A stretch of DNA of 64,000 bases, from NCBI GenBank assembly GCA_963809485.1, contig CAWEJX010000010.1, positions 1 to 64,000 of the forward strand. The letters are read 5' to 3'. This DNA comes from an uncultured Acidobacteriota bacterium. Lineage in GTDB: Bacteria; Acidobacteriota; UBA6911. The notes under the pieces were generated by a model. The model worked only from the letters and a program-made list of their open reading frames with translations. It was not told the origin of the DNA and made no database searches. Made by a program: the position numbers and the translations under genes. Below, piece after piece: positions 13,092-22,291 of the stretch; within the stretch, counting starts at the first letter, position 1; each line of letters starts with the position of its first letter.

Positions 13092-13213
13092 CTGAAATGT
13101 GCTCCTTTTGGTTGTAGTGGTAATATGCTAATTCCTATTATAACCAATAGCGATGCACATTTCAGGGTTATTTTCAAGTTTTCTCAAAAAATCACGCTGG
13201 TTTAAGGACTAGG
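11936..13213 (-). mobile_element. IS1380-family insertion sequence, left end present, 3' part missing
   Basis: Transposase motifs plus a lower-GC leader ending (minus strand) in CCTAGTCCTTAAAC, exactly where homology to the oxidoreductase gene stops. Confidence 0.8.
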
Positions 13214-13531
13214 CAACGGTAAGGGATATCGTAAGAGCCCCCGTCTTTAGGGTACACAATGCCTTCATAGGAAATCGTATCTTTTGTCGCCACGTGTTTG
13301 GCGCCGGACGAAAAAGAGCTCTTGCCGATAACGTCCTTGAATTTCCTGGCTTCAGCAACGTCCTCCTTACAGAGAATATAGTCCCCGATGATTCTTCGGC
13401 TTTCGCGAATTCTCAGTTCGCTGCAGATCCTTGTAAGATAGGCTTTTTCAAATCCGGGCATGTACTTGTTGATGAATTTCAGCGCCATAACCACCTGTTT
13501 CCTGCATTCGATTTCACAGAAGGTCAGGTCG
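13211..13531 (-). pseudogene. Internal fragment of a second copy of the FAD-dependent oxidoreductase at 24797-26242
   Basis: Aligns without gaps to 25026-25346; about 11 substitutions by manual count, same translation. Confidence 0.9.
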
Positions 13532-13586
13532 GATTAGTTTTGGCAGGATTGCGCTGGTCTTCGCGCTGATCTTCGCATCGGCGCCA

Positions 13587-14891
13587 ATGATTTTTTCCCA
13601 GCGTACTCCGCTGAAACCGGGCATGAATTTCTTTTCGCCCCAGCAAGACGTCGAACTGGGACAGAAGGTCGCCCAGGATGCGGAAAATCAGCTGCCCATG
13701 CTCAACAACCGGCAGGTGGACGATTATCTGAACAGGCTGGGGAAAAAGCTGGCTGCCAAAGCGCCGGGCGAAAAATTTCCTTATCAGTTCAAATGCGTCA
13801 ACGATTCCAGCATCAATGCATTCGCCCTGCCCGGAGGTTTCCTCTATATCAACCGCGGGACCATCGAGGCTGCGGATAATGAAGCTGAACTGGCCGGCGT
13901 CATCGGCCATGAAATCGGGCACGTCGCTCTCCGGCACGGGACAAATCAGGCCAGCAAGCAATACCTGGCGCAGGCTCCGCTGGCGATCCTCGGCGGATTC
14001 CTGGGGAATAATTCCGTGGGCGCAATTCTTGCCCAGATCGGCACCGGCTTTGCCCTCAATTCGGTTCTTCTGAAATATTCCCGGGACGATGAACGGCAAG
14101 CGGATTTGATGGGGGCGCAGATTCTTTATGATACGGGGTACAATCCCCGGTATGTGGCCGAATTCTTTGAAAAATTGGGCGGCGGGAGAGGTACGGATTT
14201 TTTCAGCAGCCACCCGAATCCGGATAACCGCATACAGAACATCAACGCGGAAATCGGAAGGCTGGGGGTAATTTCAGCCGATGCCTACAACGATTCCAGG
14301 GATTTCCGCAACATTCAGCGGCTGGTAAAATCCCTTCCTGCCGCTCCAAAGACAGCTGCCGCGGAGGCTCAAAGGCAGACCACTGGAACAATCAGGCGGC
14401 CTGCCAGCCCCTCCAGCCGGTATAAAAACCTCGAGACGGGCAACATGCGGCTGAGTCACCCGGACAACTGGCAATCGTATGTGGAGGAGCAGGCGTTCAC
14501 GCTGGCTCCCGACGGGGGCATCGTGGATACGGGCGATATGAACGCCCTTGCCTATGGCGCCATGATGGCCGTGTTCACTCCGCAAGGCGGCCGGCGATCG
14601 GGATCCATCGGGCTTCAAGAAGCCACGGATCAGCTCATAGAAGTCCTGCAGCGCTCAAATTCAGCCATGCGGAAATACAAGGACAACGGCACCATCCGGG
14701 TTGGGGGTCAGTCGGCATTGTCGATCCTCTTCACCAATGATTCTCCGCTGGGCGGACGCGAAGGGGATTGGCTGGTTACGGTTCTGCGCCCTGAGGGATT
14801 GGTGTACTTCATCTTTGTGGCTCCGGAGCAGGAATTCGACAATTATCAGCGTGCTTTTGACCAGATACTGGGCTCGGTCCGCTTCCAGTAG
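13587..14891 (+). CDS. M48 family zinc metalloprotease with C-terminal extra domain (signal peptide probably clipped at the junction)
   Basis: INAFALPGG, ELAGVIGHEIGH (HExxH), YSRDDERQAD, FFSSHP. Confidence 0.9.
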   Translation: MIFSQRTPLKPGMNFFSPQQDVELGQKVAQDAENQLPMLNNRQVDDYLNRLGKKLAAKAPGEKFPYQFKCVNDSSINAFALPGGFLYINRGTIEAADNEAELAGVIGHEIGHVALRHGTNQASKQYLAQAPLAILGGFLGNNSVGAILAQIGTGFALNSVLLKYSRDDERQADLMGAQILYDTGYNPRYVAEFFEKLGGGRGTDFFSSHPNPDNRIQNINAEIGRLGVISADAYNDSRDFRNIQRLVKSLPAAPKTAAAEAQRQTTGTIRRPASPSSRYKNLETGNMRLSHPDNWQSYVEEQAFTLAPDGGIVDTGDMNALAYGAMMAVFTPQGGRRSGSIGLQEATDQLIEVLQRSNSAMRKYKDNGTIRVGGQSALSILFTNDSPLGGREGDWLVTVLRPEGLVYFIFVAPEQEFDNYQRAFDQILGSVRFQ

Positions 14892-15139
14892 GGTTGGCCC
14901 CGAAGTTGCCTGCAACGTGTTCGGGGAGTTCCAGGCCCGCCTTGCGCAGAATATCCCGGGCGCGAAGGCCACCGTCAAGAATAAATACGGCTCCTGCGGC
15001 CAGGCCGATGCCAGACTGTGGAAGAGAATCGCCGCGAATCCAATAAATGATCCACCGGCGCTGCCGGTGAGGCACATCCGTTTTGAAATTGCCGGAGCAT
15101 GCCTTGTCCCGGGCGTTCTGACTGCAACCAAGAACATTT

Positions 15140-15200
15140 TTTCGAAATACTGAATTTCGGAATTCGACATTCTTTATTCGAAATTCTGCGGTTCAAAAAG
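15140..15200. repeat. Degenerate TTCGACA/TTCGAAA-type heptamer repeat
   Basis: ...AATTCGACATTCTTTATTCGAAATTCTGCGGTTCAAAAAG; closely similar ending at 63964-63996. Confidence 0.55.
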
Positions 15201-15339
15201 CTCTAAAGATACGGTTGCGGGTGAAAGCGGTTTTATCTTTTATCGGTTGGGATCAATCCCTTTGAGGGGACAGCAAGCATAAGGCTTCCGGCTTTGCGGA
15301 GGGTTTCCCAAAGGGCTCGATATAGCATATTTTGGGGCT

Positions 15340-16263
15340 CTATTTGGTCAGAACCACAGCCGGACACAACTCCTGGCCGTCGATGCCCAGGAGCCGGAGC
15401 GAGAGCTGCTTCGCCGATGCCTCCAGCTCGAGGAAGCCGTTGGCGCCAACAGCGCAGCCTCCGCCCTTGATGCTCACTCGGCGCGGATCCTTTCCGCCTC
15501 CGCCGGCAATGATGTACTGAATCCCTTCCATTTCAAGATGCTGCATATCGTGTTCATGCCCGGCGAGGTAGGCGTCCACCTTGTGCATCTTCAGCAGGGG
15601 AAGGAGTTTCTCCTTCAGGCGTTTCGAGTCTCCGTGGTGGCCGCTGGAATAAATCGGGTGGTGGCCGTAAACGATCGTCCATTTTGCATCGGTGGGCCTG
15701 GCGAGTTCGGCCGCGAGCCAGTCGCGCTGTGCGTCCGACCATGGCCTGGACCGTAATAAGCCGAGGGTTCCCTCATCGGTATCGAGAGCGAAAAATCGTA
15801 CCGGACCGGCCGTGAACGTGTAATAGCGATCCGGCATGCGCCAGCTCTTGTTGTCGGGGTGGTTCGTATAGTCAACCTGGATCTGAGGATTTCCTTGGTA
15901 ATCGTGGTTTCCAAGCGTGGGATAAAACAGGATCCCGAGGCGGTCGTAGTGACGGTGCCACTCGTTTTTCCAGTGCGGATCGTCGAAGCTTTTCACGCCG
16001 CGGGGGTAGAAATTATCGCCCAGAGTCAGGCCCAGATCCAGCGGCGTGCGCTGGTGCAGGTTGAAGATGGCGTTGGAAACTTCGGGCAGGGCCGAGTTGT
16101 GATCATCGTAGCCGAAATCGCCGAACGCAACAGCGCGCAGAGGCCTGTTCTCCGGATGGATGACGCCCAGGTCGCGACTCGTCTCCGCAAAGACGAACAG
16201 GCACGAAGCGAGCAGCAGAACCATAAACCGCGAGAGGCGCGCTATGGAGGCATTCCGTAACAT
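15340..16263 (-). CDS. Secreted metallophosphoesterase (purple/tartrate-resistant acid phosphatase-like)
   Basis: FGDFG, LGDNFY, LGNHD, GHHP, GHEH motifs; signal peptide. Confidence 0.9.
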   Translation of the reverse strand: MLRNASIARLSRFMVLLLASCLFVFAETSRDLGVIHPENRPLRAVAFGDFGYDDHNSALPEVSNAIFNLHQRTPLDLGLTLGDNFYPRGVKSFDDPHWKNEWHRHYDRLGILFYPTLGNHDYQGNPQIQVDYTNHPDNKSWRMPDRYYTFTAGPVRFFALDTDEGTLGLLRSRPWSDAQRDWLAAELARPTDAKWTIVYGHHPIYSSGHHGDSKRLKEKLLPLLKMHKVDAYLAGHEHDMQHLEMEGIQYIIAGGGGKDPRRVSIKGGGCAVGANGFLELEASAKQLSLRLLGIDGQELCPAVVLTK

Positions 16264-16530
16264 TATGGTCCTCCCTGAAATAAACTAACGCTTGGGAAGC
16301 GCTAAGGCAAAGAGCGGCAGAATGTTTATTTGCCGCCATGCGGGCTGGCCCAGACGAAAAGGGGGTATCTGCATCGTAATTAATGGAGCTGAGGCTATTA
16401 AGGCAGAGGATGCTTTGTATTCGCTTTTTCGGAATTTCTGAACAAGATCCGGCGATTCGAGCCCCTGGGGCGTCGGAAACCAGCCGGGATTTGCGGCGCT
16501 CATCCCTGGCTATTGACTATAGCCTTTCAT

Positions 16531-16670
16531 CGGTAAATCCCCGGCTATGCCGGGGGACTCAAAGAGTTTGACAGCTCCGTATTTTGAAACGCTGAGAAAC
16601 GCTGATAAAAGCGCTGACAAACGCCGATTTGTTCGGCGAGGGTTGGCGATCAAAAGCCGATGGGGCGCTC
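16531..16670 (+). repeat. Partial copy of an IS200-end-like miniature palindromic element
   Basis: Hairpin CCCCGGC-TAT-GCCGGGG followed by 33 nt (16565-16597) identical to 56442-56474, then continued similarity. Confidence 0.65.
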
Positions 16671-16762
16671 CTTCCCCATGCCTCCTTGTTGATTTCCATC
16701 AGATTTCTTCTTGCCCGTCAGGCTGTTATCCAGGAATTGAAAGCGCTGTTTCTTGAGTCATC

Positions 16763-18868
16763 CTATTTGCTTCCGTTCATCTGCGGCCTCGGTCCATAAA
16801 CCGGCGGCCGCTGACCGGCTTCCAACGCCCCAAGGTCCGGTGCCTTGCCTTCAAAGTCATCATTAATATTGGGTAGAATGCAGCCGGCATCCACCGCGAC
16901 AGAATTCGGGCGCAGGCGGAAATCCAATTCCTCGGGTTTATAGATTCTGATGAGATTAAAGTGATCGGGCTTATTCACCTTCATGAATATATCGTAATCA
17001 ACAAGTATGCTGTGTTTGTCCTGGCCGGTAGCCTGGCCATATTCAGCGAGACTTTTATATATTCGCCGCACTCCCGGTCTGGAATAGTCTCTCAGGATGT
17101 CCAATGAAGGAGAGTTCCAGGCAAAGGAATATTGCGCCGTTGAATCCGCCCGGAATCCGTTATAGTCCGATGAGGTGTAATTGGTGAAAGTATTGACGGA
17201 GAAGATGGTCTCCGAGGGCAGCCATCCGAGAATGAGGTTATTCCGAAAATGATAATTGGAGGCATTTCCGGAGGCGTCGGCTTTGGCCGCGAAGGTATTG
17301 TGGTAGTAAATCATGCCCGAAGGATGGGCCGCGTGCTTCGTAATATTCGGAACATGATAAACCACGTTTCTTATAAAATACGCCGGACCGCCATACAGGG
17401 TTTGTGAACTCAAGCCGTTCATGGTGGCGTTTATGCAATAGTTGCGGAGTATTCGAACGTTATACATGTTTCCGTCGGCTTCGATAAAATCGTCATGCAT
17501 ATTGGTGATGAAGTTGTTGTATATGTCGTTGGATACGAACATCCTGTCCAGCTTCAGCACTTCTTCAACCGGATAAGCTTCGGGATGTCCATAGGCTGGA
17601 TATCCATCCGGGACGCCATAGGTGGCATGGTCAATTCCGTCATGAAAATTGGCAATATGATTGTGGCATATGACATGGCCGGATCCGGCAACCTTGATGG
17701 CGTATTCCGAGAGGCATTCTCCGGCAGGATACGCGCTGACAGTTGTCGGATCACCCCATCGCTCCAGGTTGTGCGGGTTGTGTCTGCCGATAAAGGTGCT
17801 GTCGGCTATATAAAAGTTCTTTGATCCCGACCAATCGGTGTGAATGCCTTTGCCGATATTTTCGAAACGGCATCTTTTGATTGTCAATCCACTCGAGCCG
17901 ATTATCCTTTTTTGGCCTGCCCAAAAAGCAACATCCGTATTCCGAATGGTCAGGCCCTCGAAATAATGATGATTTGCGGCCATTACATTGAAGAGGTTGA
18001 AATTTCCATTGCCGTCAAAAATCACTTCCCCATCCCCCGCGGCCTTTATCACAATAGGCTTCTCGGGCGTCCCGCTTTGCGTCAGAAAATATGTTCCTGA
18101 GAAATTTGCACCCTGCCCCTGGGGCGTCGCGAATAGATCGCTTCCGTATCGAGTCCAATCCTCTTTATAAATTCCCGCGTGGATGAGGATGATATCGCCC
18201 GGTTGAACCCGAGGGGGCGCCAGATTGCCCCAGTCTGCGACGCACCATCCAATGTAATAGGCCGCCATCAGGTTGATAAAGGCCGGTTCCTGTTTCGGAC
18301 CGCCATAATCCCTTGGATACACATGATAGACTTTTCCGCCGGAGAAAGGCTTCGGCTCGGGACGGGTACGCACCGTCACCAGCTTCAGTGCCTCTCCAAG
18401 GACACCATCCGGGTCGACCATCTGAAATCTGCACTCATACTCCGTATCAGATTCCAGATCGAGTATGCTTCCCGCAAACAGATTTGGCGTTACATAGTCA
18501 ATTCTGTTATTGGTTGCACCGTAGGGAGGGGTAGCCCAGAAACCGTCGGTCACCTTGGTTGGGGCGAAGGCATAGATGCTTTGCTCATTTTGAATTCGAA
18601 GCAGCGGCAGAGCTGCCCTCCAAACATTATCGTCTTTTTTGCGGTAGGAGACTTGAACGGCGCCGTTGTGATTGGCATCTCCCTCAATGTACCATTCAAA
18701 GCCGAGATTCATAAGCGTTGGTGGCTCAACAACGAACCTCAGGGGCTGGACGGCATTTTTGTCTTCCGCTGCTTTGGCGACTGAACACTGCAGAGCCAAG
18801 AGGAATAGCATGCCGAAGGATACCAACAGGCTTTTGATTTTCATGATTGCCTCCTTTCCGGATACCAT
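16763..18868 (-). CDS. Secreted right-handed beta-helix (pectin-lyase-fold) protein with N-terminal FN3-like region
   Basis: Signal peptide; EPPTLMNLGFEWYIEGD; PGDIILIHAGIY; Asn-rich repeats (DIYNNFI, YHNTF, FRNNLI); C-terminal DFRL...AVDAG...APDLGALE. Confidence 0.7.
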   Translation of the reverse strand: MVSGKEAIMKIKSLLVSFGMLFLLALQCSVAKAAEDKNAVQPLRFVVEPPTLMNLGFEWYIEGDANHNGAVQVSYRKKDDNVWRAALPLLRIQNEQSIYAFAPTKVTDGFWATPPYGATNNRIDYVTPNLFAGSILDLESDTEYECRFQMVDPDGVLGEALKLVTVRTRPEPKPFSGGKVYHVYPRDYGGPKQEPAFINLMAAYYIGWCVADWGNLAPPRVQPGDIILIHAGIYKEDWTRYGSDLFATPQGQGANFSGTYFLTQSGTPEKPIVIKAAGDGEVIFDGNGNFNLFNVMAANHHYFEGLTIRNTDVAFWAGQKRIIGSSGLTIKRCRFENIGKGIHTDWSGSKNFYIADSTFIGRHNPHNLERWGDPTTVSAYPAGECLSEYAIKVAGSGHVICHNHIANFHDGIDHATYGVPDGYPAYGHPEAYPVEEVLKLDRMFVSNDIYNNFITNMHDDFIEADGNMYNVRILRNYCINATMNGLSSQTLYGGPAYFIRNVVYHVPNITKHAAHPSGMIYYHNTFAAKADASGNASNYHFRNNLILGWLPSETIFSVNTFTNYTSSDYNGFRADSTAQYSFAWNSPSLDILRDYSRPGVRRIYKSLAEYGQATGQDKHSILVDYDIFMKVNKPDHFNLIRIYKPEELDFRLRPNSVAVDAGCILPNINDDFEGKAPDLGALEAGQRPPVYGPRPQMNGSK

Positions 18869-19008
18869 AACTGCGGATGGATCGCGCGAAGTATACGCAT
18901 ACGACTACCCCATCGGGAGCATTCCATAAGATAAAGCTCGGCACCCTCTTTGGGAGTTCAGCGCAACCGGTGATCCGCGCGGCGGACAATTTGCAGCAAT
19001 GTGCTGCT

Positions 19009-19620
19009 TCACGCGGTTTGCTTGTTTTTCAATATTCCGGGATCGAGGTGGCGATGATGAAAGATCCGGATGCGCTTGAATTTGCCTTTTTCATCCAGAT
19101 CGTAGATAACACACTGATTCAGGACACTGATATCTCCCATTTTCCGCTGGCCGCCCGCGGCGCCTGTCGCAGTGGTTTTTAAAGCGTGGAACTCGGTGAT
19201 AAGCTCGACGCAGAAATGGCTGCCCTCGGAAAGAAACACCCCCACATTGATAACTTCACGAACGTTTTCGGTAAGTGCCTTATAGTTTTTGATAAATTCA
19301 TCCGGGCCGTGGAGTGTCCTGGCAGTGGCGCCGTTAGGCAGGGAGCCCATGAAGTTATCAGGATAGTCCAGGGTGACATCCGGGCTGAAATAGCTTGCAA
19401 CACTTTCAAAATCCTTCTTATTGAAATAATCGATGTACTCCAGAAATTGTTCTCGGGTCATGGCGCGGACGCTGGATTCAGTCTTCGGTTTATCGGTTGC
19501 AGGAGCAGGACTGTCGCTGCATGCCAGCGAACCCATCACTGCCGCCCCCGCAACACCGACGGCTGCATTCCTAACAAACTCTCTTCGTGAATTGTTCTTC
19601 TCATTTTTATCTGACTTCAT
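19009..19620 (-). CDS. Tat-exported SnoaL/NTF2-like (lipo)protein
   Basis: SRREFVRN twin-arginine motif, SLAC lipobox; FLEYIDYFNKKDFESVASYFSPDV...YDLDEKGKFKRIRI. Confidence 0.75.
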   Translation of the reverse strand: MKSDKNEKNNSRREFVRNAAVGVAGAAVMGSLACSDSPAPATDKPKTESSVRAMTREQFLEYIDYFNKKDFESVASYFSPDVTLDYPDNFMGSLPNGATARTLHGPDEFIKNYKALTENVREVINVGVFLSEGSHFCVELITEFHALKTTATGAAGGQRKMGDISVLNQCVIYDLDEKGKFKRIRIFHHRHLDPGILKNKQTA

Positions 19621-19950
19621 GACCGCTTCTCCTTTTGGAATTGATAATGGTTCCAGATGCTGCCAGGTTCATAACCGAAAAGGGATGAATCCCCTGCGAA
19701 TTGAATCAGGAGCAAATGTTTAACGGACCTATTTCGCCCAATTCATCCTGAGCAAAATCCTGTGGTTGGCCATTGCAGACATCTCCTCAACTGGCAATGA
19801 TCATAATGAATTGAGAGCGCTTAGGCCTATTATAGGCGGCTGAGGCTATTGTCGGAAAGAAAATCCCAGGCTCCATGAGGCGCCATATTCAGGTCAGACC
19901 AATCGGTTTGATGCATCCGGCATCATCGATACAATGGAGCGGCAAGTCCG

Positions 19951-21231
19951 CTACAGCCAGAATATTGGGAGTAATCCGAGAAGCGCGAGGGCAATCAGAA
20001 GCAGAAAGCTCTGGCGGCCGGCACTGCGGCTGCCGAAGGCATACGCGTAGATCCCTTTAGCAAGGTTGTTGCTGGCCGCGGCTACCGCAATGGCGCCCGC
20101 GCTCATGCTGAGTTGCGCAGGAGAATCTGTCTCCTGGGTCATGCTCAGGATAAATGGATCCACATCCGTGAAGCCGATCACGGCTCCCAGGGCATACAGG
20201 CCCGTACCCCCCATGTAAGAGCGCGCCAGCCTGGTAACTATAAGAACAACCAGGAAAATACCCGCGAAGAAAAAGGCGGTCCGCAGTTCCAGCGGATTTG
20301 GGTGCTGAAATTTGCGCTGCAGTTTTTCGGCCGTCCCATCCGGCCGTCTCGACCACAGCCATCCTGTCAGGCCTGCGGCCAGGGCCAGCAGGAGGAAAGG
20401 GGCTGCCAGAAGCCGCAGCAGGCTCCAGCTGAATGCGCCTATGAGGATTGTAAGCCGCAGGTACATGAAAGCCGACGCCAGCAGTGTGGCGCCTGCGAAC
20501 AGGTGAGAATGGTCTTCATTTTTCGACCTCTTGGCGATCGCTACCGTCGTTACTGTCGAAGAATAAATGCCTCCGAGTATCGCCGAAAGCACGATGCCGC
20601 TCTCCTTCGTGGCTTGCAAAAGAAGATAGCTTCCATAGGAAACCGTACTTACTGCCACAACCACCAGCCAGGTTTTGAATGGATTGATCTGGAAGCGGCC
20701 GAATGCCTGGTTGGGGATAACGGGCAGAATCACCGCCGTGAGCAGCAGGAATTTGGTGAAAGTAAGGATTTCGTGGGGCGCTATGCGTTTGGTCAGGCCT
20801 TCGAGCACCTCCTTCAGTTCCAAAAGAAGCATGCTGGCCACCGTCAGCGTAGTCGCTATCCAGAAATAGTCGTGATAGACCAATGAGCCCAGGAGATAGG
20901 TGATCAGACCCGTAAACTCCGATGTGACGCCCGGTATGTCCGCAGGATGGTGCGAGTTCAATTTGTGCCAGTAAGAGAGCATCATGAACCCGCTCACGGC
21001 GAGAAAGCCCAAAATCTCGGCCAGAAGATACGGGCCGGACAGCAGGGCGATGGCATACCCGGTCAGGGCGATCAGCGGATAAGTGCGCACGCCGCCGAAC
21101 GAGTAATGCTGGTCGCTTACCTTGTGCTCCTCTCGTTCCAGGCCGATGAGGAACGCCAGGAAGAGGACCAACACAATCTTGATCCCCTCGGTGGGCAGCA
21201 GCTGCACGAATTGATCGAATTGAAAGGACAT
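19951..21231 (-). CDS. MgtC/SapB + DUF4010 membrane protein
   Basis: LIGLERE, GGVRTYPLI, GGIYSSTVTT, NPLELRTA, GFTDVDPFILS. Confidence 0.85.
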   Translation of the reverse strand: MSFQFDQFVQLLPTEGIKIVLVLFLAFLIGLEREEHKVSDQHYSFGGVRTYPLIALTGYAIALLSGPYLLAEILGFLAVSGFMMLSYWHKLNSHHPADIPGVTSEFTGLITYLLGSLVYHDYFWIATTLTVASMLLLELKEVLEGLTKRIAPHEILTFTKFLLLTAVILPVIPNQAFGRFQINPFKTWLVVVAVSTVSYGSYLLLQATKESGIVLSAILGGIYSSTVTTVAIAKRSKNEDHSHLFAGATLLASAFMYLRLTILIGAFSWSLLRLLAAPFLLLALAAGLTGWLWSRRPDGTAEKLQRKFQHPNPLELRTAFFFAGIFLVVLIVTRLARSYMGGTGLYALGAVIGFTDVDPFILSMTQETDSPAQLSMSAGAIAVAAASNNLAKGIYAYAFGSRSAGRQSFLLLIALALLGLLPIFWL

Positions 21232-21520
21232 TTTTTTTATTTGAGATCTGAAGCTCGAGATTAATACGAATCGGTGTGCAGGTAAAGAGGCATTGCAGGC
21301 AAAATCAGTACCTGCAAGCGAAAGAGCGATGCTCTATGTGTAGGGCCGATCGATGGCTTCGCAGGGGACTCACGGAGCTTGAATACTTTTGGATCAGGCA
21401 ACGCTGATTTACGCTGACAAAAGCGCCGACAAACCTCGAGCTGACCGTCAGCGTGTGTCCGCGTTTCAACCAAATGGAACTTATTCAGCCCGCCTGCGAC
21501 GGATCGGTTGCAGTTTCGGA

Positions 21521-22090
21521 CTATGGCCGCACTTTTCCGTCCGCCTTCCATAAATATAGTATGCGGGTGAATCCGCTCTCATCGGCGACGTTCTCGGTCT
21601 TGAACGGCTGCCAGTCACCCATTCCGAAAGAGTGGGATACGATCCGTGTCCCCGGTTTCAACTGCCGGGTCAGGATCGGCCGCAGAGTAAGGTTGGACCC
21701 GGTGAGCAGATAAAGGGTAACCACAGTGGCAGGAGAGACGTCCACTGTCATGGCATCCTCCAGCTTGAAGCTTACCAGGTCCTCCACCCCCGCAGCTTTT
21801 GCATTGGCCCGCGATTCCTCGATGCGGCTCGGGTCGATGTCGACTCCCACGGCATGAGCTCCATACTTCTTTGCGGCTGTGATGACGATACGGCCATCTC
21901 CACATCCGAGGTCGTAAAGAACATCTTTGGAAGTGACCTCGGCCAATTCGAGCATCTTCTCCACCACAGGCTGCGGCGTCGGCACGTAAGGGGCCAGCAG
22001 TTGCTGCGGCAGCGGGCTGGCAGCAGTCGCTGCAAATGCGGCAAAGGCGAATCCCAAACACACGATCAGAGCTGAATACCTGTTGGTCAT
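21521..22090 (-). CDS. Class I SAM-dependent methyltransferase with signal peptide
   Basis: APYVPTP, LYDLGCGDGRI, GVDID, VVTLYL, RIVSHSF. Confidence 0.9.
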   Translation of the reverse strand: MTNRYSALIVCLGFAFAAFAATAASPLPQQLLAPYVPTPQPVVEKMLELAEVTSKDVLYDLGCGDGRIVITAAKKYGAHAVGVDIDPSRIEESRANAKAAGVEDLVSFKLEDAMTVDVSPATVVTLYLLTGSNLTLRPILTRQLKPGTRIVSHSFGMGDWQPFKTENVADESGFTRILYLWKADGKVRP

Positions 22091-22291
22091 CCGTCTCCTC
22101 CAAATCGAGTTTCAGGTAATGAAATGCCGCAGCCTGGAGGGCAGAATTCCAAGCTCCCGGCACTTGATTATCAGAATACTCCAGCAGCAGATCCTCTTGC
22201 CAGAGTCCAAATTTTCATTCGCTGCAGGAAAGCCTGCAAATGCTGACAAATGGAGGGTGCATCGGCCTGCGTCGGACGAAGGCTCAACGGT

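Noticed and set aside
1-13100. Mass pseudogenisation of the left block
   Set aside because: Lesions are indels with well-preserved motifs, typical of long-read error
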